Positions 1 to 9,263 of a DNA stretch of 64,000 bases are shown here, in pieces. Below the pieces are notes generated by a model, which was not told the DNA's origin, ran no database searches, and was given only the letters and a program-made list of their open reading frames with translations. The stretch comes from an uncultured bacterium (GTDB lineage Bacteria > Chlamydiota > Chlamydiia > Chlamydiales > SM23-39), in NCBI GenBank assembly GCA_963716985.1, contig OY970323.1, positions 1,920,001-1,984,000 on the forward strand. The letters are read 5' to 3'. Each line of letters starts with the position of its first letter. Positions within the stretch are counted from its first letter, which is position 1. The position numbers were made by a program, and so were the translations under genes.

Positions 1-175
1 CGGGCACCGTGATATTGGCCAGACTCTTTAATGGCATAGGAGTATGATAGACATCGACTCGTACGTGATCCAAAATTGCAGGATTCGCACGTCCTGTTCT
101 CAGAGTTTTTAGATCTTGCTTAAAATGCTCGATCGCCGCCTGCATGGCAGCCTTTGTTTCTTTCTCTATATCCAT
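1..175 (-). CDS. frr: Ribosome recycling factor (5' part; runs off window)
   Basis: Manual translation MDIEKETKAAMQAAIEHFKQDLKTLRTGRANPAILD contains the RTGRANP motif; directly downstream of pyrH. Confidence 0.95.
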   Translation of the reverse strand, partial: MDIEKETKAAMQAAIEHFKQDLKTLRTGRANPAILDHVRVDVYHTPMPLKSLANITVP

Positions 176-176
176 T

Positions 177-902
177 TTATTCTCCCGAAACTAAGGTCCC
201 TATTGTTTCTTTTGAAAGCACGCTCTTTAACGAGCCCTTCTTAAAGAGATTGAAGACATGTATGGGAAGCTGATGCTGCCGACAAAGCGCCACAGCCGTT
301 GCATCCATAATTTTGAGCCCCTCATGCAGAAACTCACTATAGGAAATCTCCTGTTTCATCTGCGCGTCTTTATAACGCAGAGGGTCTTTGTCATAGATCC
401 CATCTACTTTTGTGGCCTTCAATACGATTTCTGCACCCATTTCCAGAGCTCTGAGAACAGCCGCGGTATCGGTAGAAAAATAAGGATTGCCGGTTCCTCC
501 GGAGAAAATCACTACATTGCCCTTTTCTAAATAGTCAATTGCTTTTTCCCAGGCATACCCTTCCACGATCGCATCGCAGGCAATCGCGCTCAAAATTTTG
601 CAGGGGCAGCCCACCTTTTCTAAAGTCTCTCGCAGGGCCAAACTATTGATCACGGTGGCGAGCATCCCAATCTGATCAGCTACCACGCGCTTCAACCCAT
701 ACGTATGGGCAGAAACCCCGCGGAGAATATTCCCGCCGCCAATCACAATGCCAATCTGGACACCTGATGCATGCACTTCGTGAATCGAAGTGATCATTTC
801 TTTAAGCCAGGCAGCTTCCTGATTTTCAGGCTTTTGAAATCCGGTGATCACCTCGCCGGAGAGCTTGAGCAAGATCCGTTGATAGACTGCTTTCGAGCAC
901 AT
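177..902 (-). CDS. pyrH: UMP kinase
   Basis: RILLKLSGE, IGGGNILRG and GTGNPYFSTD motifs; tsf-pyrH-frr synteny. Confidence 0.97.
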   Translation of the reverse strand: MCSKAVYQRILLKLSGEVITGFQKPENQEAAWLKEMITSIHEVHASGVQIGIVIGGGNILRGVSAHTYGLKRVVADQIGMLATVINSLALRETLEKVGCPCKILSAIACDAIVEGYAWEKAIDYLEKGNVVIFSGGTGNPYFSTDTAAVLRALEMGAEIVLKATKVDGIYDKDPLRYKDAQMKQEISYSEFLHEGLKIMDATAVALCRQHQLPIHVFNLFKKGSLKSVLSKETIGTLVSGE

Positions 903-908
903 GCGGTT

Positions 909-1766
909 TTATGTACCTTCTCCGACTTTCCATCTCCAAAAAGAGATCAGCGCTAAAGGCTTTCCAATCTTTTTTGCGTGGCTTTCAACTAGCTGCTGAA
1001 CGGTCATTGTAGGATCCTTAACATATTTTTGTCGAAGAAGACACACTTGATCATAGAAGGATTGCATCTTGCCGGCGACAATTTTCTCAACAATATTCTC
1101 AGGTTTTCCTTTGATTTGGATCTTGGCAATCTCTTCTTCTTTTTTCACAAGCTCTTGCGGAACGTTTTCCGGATTCAGATAATCGGGACCTTCGGCTACG
1201 ACATGCATGGCGATGTTGCGCGCAAGTTCTGCTTGTCCCTTGTCTCCTCGCAAAACGACAATCGCAACAATTTTTCCATTCATATGGGAGTAAACGCCAT
1301 AAGACGCATCGGCCGCTTTTGCGATAATCTCCATGCGCTTGATTTGAATGTTTTCTCCAAAGCTTTGGATCAGAGTATTGCGATATTGATCGATCGAAGT
1401 CTTTGCATCCTTTGCGTAAGTTTTATGCAAAAAATGTTCCAGGGAAACGGGTTTGTGGTGCGCTGCAATTTCGCAGATTTCGTCGACAAATTTCTTAAAT
1501 TTCTCATTTTTCACTACAAAATCAGTTTCGGCATTGATCTCAACGAGCGCTAAAGTTTGAGGAGTTTCCGCAACCCCGATGATTCCTTCCCGGGTCTCTC
1601 TTCCCTCTTTTTTTACCGCGGAAGCAGCACCTGTCTTGCGGAGATATTCAATAGCTTTTTCCATATCTCCATTCGCGTGGACAAGAGCTTCCTTGCATTG
1701 GACCATCCCGACGCCGGCCCTCTCGCGCAGTTCTTTAATTTTTTCAGGAGTTATGTTTGCAGCCAT
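909..1766 (-). CDS. tsf: Elongation factor Ts
   Basis: IKELRERAGVGMVQCKEAL and EINAETDFV motifs. Confidence 0.98.
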   Translation of the reverse strand: MAANITPEKIKELRERAGVGMVQCKEALVHANGDMEKAIEYLRKTGAASAVKKEGRETREGIIGVAETPQTLALVEINAETDFVVKNEKFKKFVDEICEIAAHHKPVSLEHFLHKTYAKDAKTSIDQYRNTLIQSFGENIQIKRMEIIAKAADASYGVYSHMNGKIVAIVVLRGDKGQAELARNIAMHVVAEGPDYLNPENVPQELVKKEEEIAKIQIKGKPENIVEKIVAGKMQSFYDQVCLLRQKYVKDPTMTVQQLVESHAKKIGKPLALISFWRWKVGEGT

Positions 1767-1768
1767 TT

Positions 1769-2566
1769 TTATTCTCCCTCTTTAGCGGATTCTTCTTCAA
1801 CAGGTTCGCCGTTATCTTTGGATTCGAATCCCTCTTCTTCAACGGGATTGATCGGAATGCGCAGCTCTTTTTTCTTTTCAATAATGGCGTCAACAAGCGC
1901 TCCTAAGATCATTTTGATGCTTTTTAACGAATCATCATTGCAAGCAATCACGTGATCGATCAGATCGGGATCTCCGTTGGTATCGACAAGAGCCATGATG
2001 GGGATGCCCAATTTTTTCGCCTCCAAAACGGCTGTTTTTTCATGTTCGGAATCTACAATCACGAGAAGGCCCGGAGTTTTTCTCATACCGCGAATGCCCG
2101 AGAGATTGCGCTCCAGCTTCAACTGTTCTTTAGAGAGCTGGGAAACCTCTTTCTTCGTCAATCCTTCTCCTCCTGCCGCAATCCGCTTTTCAATGCGCTC
2201 CAGCGTTTTGATCGATTGGCGGATCGTCGTAAGATTGGTCAACATTCCGCCCAGCCATCGTTCGCAAACGTAGAACTCGGCGCAAGATTCGGCCAGTTCG
2301 CGAATCACTACCTTTGCCTGCTTCTTCGTTCCAACAAATAAAATGGGCTTATGCTGAGTGACTACATCTTCCACTAGCTGAATCGCCGTTCGAATTTGCT
2401 GCATCGTCTTCGCAAGGTCGATGATATAGATCCCACCTCTTTCCTCGAAGATGAAACGCTTCATCTTAGGATTCCATCGGTGGCTCTGGTGGCCAAAATG
2501 GGCGCCGGCCGTAAGCAGATCTTTGATGGTTACTTTTAACTGAGTCTCTTTTTCTTTCGTTGCCAA
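1769..2566 (-). CDS. rpsB: 30S ribosomal protein S2
   Basis: AGAHFGHQ..RWNPKM, RWLGGMLTN and DTN motifs. Confidence 0.98.
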   Translation of the reverse strand: MATKEKETQLKVTIKDLLTAGAHFGHQSHRWNPKMKRFIFEERGGIYIIDLAKTMQQIRTAIQLVEDVVTQHKPILFVGTKKQAKVVIRELAESCAEFYVCERWLGGMLTNLTTIRQSIKTLERIEKRIAAGGEGLTKKEVSQLSKEQLKLERNLSGIRGMRKTPGLLVIVDSEHEKTAVLEAKKLGIPIMALVDTNGDPDLIDHVIACNDDSLKSIKMILGALVDAIIEKKKELRIPINPVEEEGFESKDNGEPVEEESAKEGE

Positions 2567-2598
2567 TTGTACATTCCTTCTTCTTCATTGTGTTCAAA

Positions 2599-2669
2599 AG
2601 CGCCTGATCAGAATCGAACTGACACTCGTAGCTTGGAAGGCTACTGTTCTACCATTGAACTACAGGCGC
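2599..2669 (-). tRNA. tRNA-Gly (TCC)
   Basis: Minus strand GCGCCTGTAGTTCAATGGTAGAAC...GTAGC-CTTCCAA-GCTAC...GTTCGATTC...CAGGCGCT folds as a cloverleaf with a TCC anticodon; CCA not encoded. Confidence 0.95.
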
Positions 2670-2774
2670 CCAATTAAATTTCGAAAGACCATTTTTACCG
2701 ATCATCCTGTTTTTTCCAAGGGAAATTTCGAGAAGGACATTTGCATTAAACACGGACAGATTATAAAAATGTAT

Positions 2775-5700
2775 ATGAGCGAGACAAAAAGCTCCTCTTT
2801 TCCCATGCCCTTGATCAAATCAGCAACAAAGACCAACCGCGTTCTTCAAATGATTCTTTTATTGTTGATCGTGATTTTTTTGCGCATATGGCATCTTTGC
2901 GTTTTGCAAAAAGAAGAGCGTTTGAAAGAGTCGCTAAAGCCGCAAGTGCGCATGATCTCTCTTCCGGCCGCACGAGGGACCATCTCGGACCGCAACCTCA
3001 TGCCCCTTGCGGTCAACCATATCCGCTATGACGCTACTATTTATTATTCCCATATCCGCCAAATTCCATCGGTTGCATGGAAAAAGGGAGACAGTGGAGA
3101 GAAAATCAAGGCTTTTCCAAGAAAAGAATATATCAAAAAGCTGACGGAGTTTTTGGCAAAAGAGCTCGCTCTCAATGCCGAATATCTGGAAGATAGCATC
3201 CATGCAAAAGCCTCTCTTTTTCCCCATATTCCCTTCATCATCAAGGAAAACATCTCTGAAAAGGAATATTACAAACTCCACATGCTAGAGCGCCACTGGA
3301 CGGGCCTCCACGCCATCCTCTCGTTCGAGCGCTACTATCCAGGCGGTCCTGCCGCTTCCGACATCCTCGGATATCTTGGCGCCATCAGCGAAGAGGAGTA
3401 TTGGACCCTATCCGGAAAAATTCAGATGCTTCAATCATTTCTTGAAGATGAGGAAAACGGCGAAGATCCTCCTCTTCCCGAAGGATATCGAAATCGCGAA
3501 GAGATTCTTCAAGACCTGTCCTATCTGAAAGAGCGTGCGGCGTCTATGAACGACCTCGTGGGAAAGTCTGGCCTCGAAAAAAGATTTGAAGAGCACCTGC
3601 AAGGCTCTGCCGGAAAGAAAATTTTTGAAGTGGATATCAATGGAAATTTTCTTCACCAGCTCCCGCAAAGCAAAGAGGCCATACCTGGAAAACCTCTCAT
3701 TTGCAGTATATCTTTGGAATTGCAAAACTTTGCCGAAGCACTGCTCGCAGAAGAGGAAAAGAATCGGGAAGAGAATCGCTTTGTTTACGATCCCGTCCAA
3801 AAAAAGAGAGTGGTCCAAAAGCTGCCCCCCCTCAAGGGCGGATCGATTGTTGCGCTCAATCCCAACAACGGCGAGATCCTGGCCCTTGCCTCCTATCCTC
3901 GATTCAACCCCAATGATTTCATCCCCTCCTCCAACCCCTCCATTCGCCGAAAGAAACAAAAAAAAGTGCTTCACTGGCTCGAACATCCTTCCTACATTGC
4001 CAATCTGTGGGATGGCAAAGAAAAATTGAGCTATGAGCACTATAATCAAAAGAAAAAAAGTTTTACTTCGGAAGAAAGGGAGCTCTCATGGGACCTCTTT
4101 TGCGCAACGATCTTGCCATTAGAAAGCCCTCTTTTCTCCGCCCTGAATCGAATTGCAAATCTCCAAAATGCCGTCGCCATTCAAGAATCGGTGGAATCGC
4201 TTCTTTATTTTTCCGGCCAAAGAAATGCCGCCCATCTCTTCGATCTGCTCTTCGTCGAAGAAGAAGGACATCTGCCCACAGGACAACTACTCCCGGAGAG
4301 TGTAAAGCTGCATATTCTGCAAAATTTGCGCTATAACCTTCCCGACGTCATAGAACTGAAAAAAAGAATGCTTTCTTTCGTTGCAGATATTGCGGAAAAT
4401 CAAAATAAGCTCTTTTTGATCGACCTCTGCCGTCTTGTCGTCAATAGTCCCGCCTTTTCCAATGAGCTTTTGGACAAAGTGGGAGGACAAACATTGGGGG
4501 AATACTGGAATCTTTCCAAGGCAAAATGCATTTTGGAAGAGGAGATTGCAGAACCTGTTTTCTCCCTTTTTCACGACCTTTCCTTCAAACGTTGGCGAGA
4601 AAGCAATGAAAAGAGCTTTCTCAAACAAAAAAGAGATCTGGAAAAAAGAGAAAAAAAATATGCGCGGCCCTACATCGATTACCTAAATGAGCAAGAAAGG
4701 AAGCTTTTCGAGGCCTTTTGGAAGGAAAATCGACTCTCTCTCCTCCTTTTTCTCTTAAAAACAGAAACCATCGACAAACCCGAGCTTACTCCCTATTTTC
4801 AGCTTTTGCGCTCTCTTTCCCCCTCCTTTTCTTCGGAACCAACGGCTCTTTTAAAAAATGCTCTCTCTTCCCTTTCTATTCCCTTAAGCTATGAATATAT
4901 TCGCTCGGTGCGCTCCTTTCAAGAGCTCGACCGCTGTCTTCTCTTCCCCTACCCCTCCTTGACCAAAAACGAATGCGAAAAAGATCTGGCCTCTTCTTTT
5001 TACTATCCGCATAGCTATGGTGTCTCTTTTGGCTATCGCCATACAGCTCCTTTAGGATCGATCTTTAAAATAGTCACAGCCTATGCAGCCTTAAAAGAGA
5101 AGTATCAAACGCTGCCGGACCCCTCGCTATCGCTCTTAAACCCCTTTACCATGATCGAAGAGCTTTTTTACGATGCAAAATCAGATAAGAAAAATGGTTT
5201 ATTTTTGGGACGCGACCTTCGCGGAAAACCCTACCCCCAATATTATAAAGGAGGACGATTGCCCAAGAGCATCCATCGCAATGCGGGAACAATCGACCTT
5301 ACCTCTGCCCTCGAGCAATCTTCCAATCCCTATTTTTCCATCTTGGCCTCTGATTTTCTGGAAAGCCCCGACAACCTTCTTCGCGCATCAAAAGATTTTG
5401 GCTTCGGCGAAAAAACATCCATCGATCTTCCCGGAGAGTCCAGCGGCACTCTTCCTTCCGACCTCTTTGAAAACAAAACGGGCCTTTACTCTTTTGCCAT
5501 CGGCCAGCACACCTTCCTCGCAACTCCCCTGCAAACAGCCGTCATGCTATCGGCACTCGCCAATGGAGGAAAGATCTTAAAACCGCAAATCCTCAAAAAT
5601 GCGCCGCTAGAAATACAGAATGAAGTGTTTCTGCCCTCTTCCGTCCGCAAAATTCTTTTCGAAGCGATGGACAGAGTCGTCTGGGGAGAAAAAGGAACCG

Positions 5701-6017
5701 CAAGGGCCTCCCTCATCAAAAGGCTATCGCAGAATCCCTCTCTTCTCAAAGACTATAAAGATCTAGAGCATGCATTCATCGGCAAAACAAGCACAGCGGA
5801 ATTCACATTTAAGTCCGACCGTCTTCCCACGTCCAAAGCACAAAAATATAACGACATCTGGTTCGGAGCGATCAGCTTCGATCCAGAATCGTCTCAATGG
5901 GAAAAGCCCGAACTCGTCGTCGTGGTCTACCTGCGCTTTGGAGAGCATGGCAGAGATGCCGCTCCCCTCGCTGCACAAATGATCAAAAAATATCGAGAAC
6001 TCAATCAGAAAAATTAA
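2775..6017 (+). CDS. mrdA: Penicillin-binding protein 2, long chlamydial form
   Basis: N-terminal TM, RGTISDRN, SxxK (GSIFK), SxN (QSSN) and KTS motifs; start moved downstream of the tRNA. Confidence 0.88.
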   Translation: MSETKSSSFPMPLIKSATKTNRVLQMILLLLIVIFLRIWHLCVLQKEERLKESLKPQVRMISLPAARGTISDRNLMPLAVNHIRYDATIYYSHIRQIPSVAWKKGDSGEKIKAFPRKEYIKKLTEFLAKELALNAEYLEDSIHAKASLFPHIPFIIKENISEKEYYKLHMLERHWTGLHAILSFERYYPGGPAASDILGYLGAISEEEYWTLSGKIQMLQSFLEDEENGEDPPLPEGYRNREEILQDLSYLKERAASMNDLVGKSGLEKRFEEHLQGSAGKKIFEVDINGNFLHQLPQSKEAIPGKPLICSISLELQNFAEALLAEEEKNREENRFVYDPVQKKRVVQKLPPLKGGSIVALNPNNGEILALASYPRFNPNDFIPSSNPSIRRKKQKKVLHWLEHPSYIANLWDGKEKLSYEHYNQKKKSFTSEERELSWDLFCATILPLESPLFSALNRIANLQNAVAIQESVESLLYFSGQRNAAHLFDLLFVEEEGHLPTGQLLPESVKLHILQNLRYNLPDVIELKKRMLSFVADIAENQNKLFLIDLCRLVVNSPAFSNELLDKVGGQTLGEYWNLSKAKCILEEEIAEPVFSLFHDLSFKRWRESNEKSFLKQKRDLEKREKKYARPYIDYLNEQERKLFEAFWKENRLSLLLFLLKTETIDKPELTPYFQLLRSLSPSFSSEPTALLKNALSSLSIPLSYEYIRSVRSFQELDRCLLFPYPSLTKNECEKDLASSFYYPHSYGVSFGYRHTAPLGSIFKIVTAYAALKEKYQTLPDPSLSLLNPFTMIEELFYDAKSDKKNGLFLGRDLRGKPYPQYYKGGRLPKSIHRNAGTIDLTSALEQSSNPYFSILASDFLESPDNLLRASKDFGFGEKTSIDLPGESSGTLPSDLFENKTGLYSFAIGQHTFLATPLQTAVMLSALANGGKILKPQILKNAPLEIQNEVFLPSSVRKILFEAMDRVVWGEKGTARASLIKRLSQNPSLLKDYKDLEHAFIGKTSTAEFTFKSDRLPTSKAQKYNDIWFGAISFDPESSQWEKPELVVVVYLRFGEHGRDAAPLAAQMIKKYRELNQKN

Positions 6018-6064
6018 GGAGGCCTTCTGAGAAACTATCCACCTGAATATTTAATTGAACGTTT

Positions 6065-6470
6065 GTGCCTAAAACCCTTTGTGCCAGTTGTTGTATCCGA
6101 GGCTCAATGAACCGAGAAGATTTTTCTTTGAAAGCGATCGCCTTTGATTGCGACGGAGTTCTCATAGATAGTGAGCCTGCCCATTATTTGGCATGGAAAC
6201 AGGCTTTGCAAAACCAACGATATAACCTCTCAGTGGACGAATATTGTTGTCATGCCGGAAAATCGACGGAGGCTATCCTAAAATGAGTGGCTCTTAAAAC
6301 CCGATGTGGTGATCGATTCGATGAGATTCTCAGAGATAAAAGATCTTACTTCCATCAGTTGCAGAGCCAAGGACTGCCTCCGATTCAAACAACCATAGAC
6401 TTTGTGCATCGCTTATTCCTGGAAAAAGAGAAGCTTGCCTTGAAATTATGCGTTGTGTCCAGTGCTCGGC
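6065..6470 (+). pseudogene. HAD-family phosphatase fragment
   Basis: AFDCDGVLIDSEP motif I; in-frame TGA at 6284-6286; C-terminal half missing. Confidence 0.75.
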
Positions 6471-6471
6471 G

Positions 6472-7222
6472 GGATTTGAACTCATTGAAAAAGTTGCCTC
6501 TCATATTGGCACAAAAGCGCAGCTCATTGTTGGAATCACTTCTATGAGCCTAGTGCTCTGTCACCCTTTAATTTTAGGATAAATTGACTTGAGTTTATGC
6601 CGACCGTTGCCAAACTTATAATCCTAAATTTTAACTATGACAGAGCACTAGCTGATTCTTTAGAACTAATGAAAGCCGCGCACGCGGTTGATGCACGCGC
6701 AAGCATAGTGATCCCTTCTCTTTTCTTTTGGGCGACAATATTGTTGCCGTTCTAGATGCTCTGCTTTCTTCTACATGCGGCGATCTTTTGCTCTATAACA
6801 ATCCGGCCCTGACTGCCAACATTTCCTTGCCCATTGATCAGATGGCTCTATTTTTTGGGGAAAAACGCATAGTAGGTATTAAAGACTCTTCAGGTGATTT
6901 AGGTTATCTCGACCGTCTCATCCAGGCAAGAGGAGAGCGATCAATTTCTATTTTTTATGGGCGCGAACATAAGCTCAAAGAGGCGCTTGCGAGGCCGATT
7001 AACGGAATAGTGCCCGGGTTAGGAAATGTGGAACCGCAACTTCTTTGTAAACTTTGGGAAGAAAAAGAAGGAGGACCCTGGGAACGATGGGCGGAGCTCA
7101 AGGCGGAAGTTCAGACAATGCATCCGGTTTACCTCTCAGCTCTAAAGCTTCTATTAAAAGAGAAGGGAATCATTACAGATTCTAGATTATGGCAATCAAC
7201 TACCTACTGCACAAGGCAGTAG
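6472..7222 (+). pseudogene. Dihydrodipicolinate synthase/N-acetylneuraminate lyase family fragment, interrupted by a MITE
   Basis: Removing the MITE gives QLIVGITSMSLADSLELMKAAHAV...; downstream ORF has LYNNP and GIKDSSGD; N-terminus absent; frameshift near 6725. Confidence 0.75.
6550..6651. mobile_element. CTAG-targeting hairpin MITE, copy 1 (102 bp including both CTAG)
   Basis: Ends CTAGTGCTCTGTCA...TGACAGAGCACTAG; identical to copy at 47663. Confidence 0.92.
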
Positions 7223-7454
7223 GCTTGTGACTGATCGTTTCCAATCGTCACGTTGGGTGATAGCAGCCTGCTCTTCAGGCACTTTTAGTGTAGAAGAGAG
7301 CATGTGACGATCATGAGAAACCTGTTTAAAGATTATGGTTGGGACAGAAATGACTCCAAGCAATCTTCTTTCACGCCTGAACAAGAGCCTACTTTAAAAG
7401 CTCTCATTGGCCAGATCGACAAGCTTCAGGAAGAAGCCAAAAAGAACCGAAACC

Positions 7455-7850
7455 TTAATGATGGCCTTTAGCTGCAAACTGACGAAATTGAGATATTGCA
7501 TCCGGCTGCTCAAACCATCTCACGATGTCTTTTGGCAAGGAAATCCGTTTTTTTGGCTCTTTCTTAGTGCCTCTTGGCCTTCCCGCCCCATCTCTTTTTC
7601 CTCCGCGACCTCTCGTTTGCTTTTCCGTGACCGGAGAAAGGTTGTGGTTTAGCCTTTGTTTAATGAATTCACGAAGATAAAGCGGATATCCTTTCAGTAC
7701 GTCTTCGGGAGAATCTCCTCCATATTCGACTGGATAAGAACGATGGCTAAAAACCCAAGCATTAACCTCTTTGTCAAACCAAGGTTTAATCTCTCCAATC
7801 TCATCTAGAGCTATTTTAAGATGTTTCTCTATTTCTTTTTTGGAGGCCAT
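7455..7850 (-). CDS. Putative antitoxin, HicB-like N-terminus with AT-hook-like/DNA-binding C-terminus
   Basis: YGGDSPEDVL resembles HicB G(D/E)T.EEA; RGGKRDGAGRP basic motif; overlaps upstream small gene. Confidence 0.5.
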   Translation of the reverse strand: MASKKEIEKHLKIALDEIGEIKPWFDKEVNAWVFSHRSYPVEYGGDSPEDVLKGYPLYLREFIKQRLNHNLSPVTEKQTRGRGGKRDGAGRPRGTKKEPKKRISLPKDIVRWFEQPDAISQFRQFAAKGHH

Positions 7851-8053
7851 TTCATCCCTCTTTTTTTAAATGCTTTTTCGGTCTTTCTCACACAGAGAGC
7901 TATGACCTCGCCCCCTTTTGTGTTCTTGCCGTGCGTTATCTTAATGGAGCAAACGTAATTTCCATTTTCGTCACATAGGCTATAGTCAAACCCGGACTTC
8001 GAAAGAGACCACCCAACGATTTTAATGAGTCGTCGGTAATCTCTTTCTTCCAT
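7829..8053 (-). CDS. Small basic protein, putative HicA-like toxin
   Basis: 74 aa; helix-GW-strand pattern and THG; coupled to downstream gene. Confidence 0.45.
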   Translation of the reverse strand: MEERDYRRLIKIVGWSLSKSGFDYSLCDENGNYVCSIKITHGKNTKGGEVIALCVRKTEKAFKKRGMKWPPKKK

Positions 8054-8267
8054 TATTTTAGATTGTTTTGGCAAAAAAATCAAATGACTTCTTAAAAATA
8101 TTAGCCTAAGAAGCATAAGAAATCTGTTTTTATCAAGAAAGTCCCTTCCAGGCCCATAGAAAGAAAATTTGAATTTAGACTGTTTCTATATCCCGGGATA
8201 AGATCGTGCCCCCGAAGCTTCTAATGCAAGATCCTGAAAGAGTGGAATGAGTTACGAAATAGCATTA

Positions 8268-9260
8268 TTAAGAAAGCGTCAGAGATCTTTGCGGATACTT
8301 TTCGCAAGAAAGGACCTTATCAAAGTAACCAATCGTTTTTGTAAGACCGGTTTCAAGATTTGTTTTGGGCTGCCATTGTAAAAGATGCTTGGCCGCAGAA
8401 ATATCGGGCTTTCTTTGCTTGGGATCATCTTCCGGAAGAGTTTTGAAAATCAAGGCAGAAGAAGACCCGGTAATCTTTAAGATCTTTTCTGCAAGCTCTA
8501 GAATGGTAAACTCTGTGGGATTGCCAAGATTCAATGGGCCAATATGAGAGTGTTGTGTTTTCATAAAAAGAAGAAATGCCTCGATCAGATCGTCCACATA
8601 GCAAAAGGATCTGGTCTGCATGCCATCTCCATAAATCGTGAGCGGCCGGCCCGTTAATGCTTGCACGATGAAGTTGGAAACCACCCTTCCGTCGTTGGGA
8701 TGCATGCGCGGCCCATAGGTATTGAAAATGCGTGCAACTTTGATGGGTACTTGATGGCGGCGCCAATAGTCAAAAAAAAGCGTTTCCGCGCAGCGCTTTC
8801 CCTCGTCATAACAGGAGCGCACCCCGATCGCATTGACATGTCCCCAATAGCTTTCCTTTTGCGGATGCACCTCCGGATCTCCATACACCTCGCTCGTCGA
8901 TGCTTGAAAAATCTTTGCTTTCAAACGCTTGGCAAGTCCTAAGAGATTGAGAGAGCCGCACACATTGGTCTTCAGAGTAAAGATGGGGTCCACCTGATAA
9001 TGGACGGGAGACGCGGGAGAGGCCAAATTATAGATCTCTTCTATTCCTTCAAGAAAAAGGGGGGAAGAAATGTCGTGTTCCAAGAGAGAAAAATCCGCAT
9101 GCTCCTGAAAAGAAAGAATATTTTTTCTGCTGCCCGTATAGAAATTATCCACACAGACAACCGCATTTCCCTCTTTTAAGAGCTCTTCGCAGAGATGAGA
9201 TCCCAGGAAACCCGCACCTCCTGTCACGAGAACTTTTTTCCGCGCCACAGGTTTTGTCAA
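8268..9260 (-). CDS. UDP-glucuronate decarboxylase (UDP-xylose synthase)
   Basis: [31 protein letters not shown] and DGRVVSNFI motifs. Confidence 0.93.
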   Translation of the reverse strand: MTKPVARKKVLVTGGAGFLGSHLCEELLKEGNAVVCVDNFYTGSRKNILSFQEHADFSLLEHDISSPLFLEGIEEIYNLASPASPVHYQVDPIFTLKTNVCGSLNLLGLAKRLKAKIFQASTSEVYGDPEVHPQKESYWGHVNAIGVRSCYDEGKRCAETLFFDYWRRHQVPIKVARIFNTYGPRMHPNDGRVVSNFIVQALTGRPLTIYGDGMQTRSFCYVDDLIEAFLLFMKTQHSHIGPLNLGNPTEFTILELAEKILKITGSSSALIFKTLPEDDPKQRKPDISAAKHLLQWQPKTNLETGLTKTIGYFDKVLSCEKYPQRSLTLS

Positions 9261-9263
9261 AAC

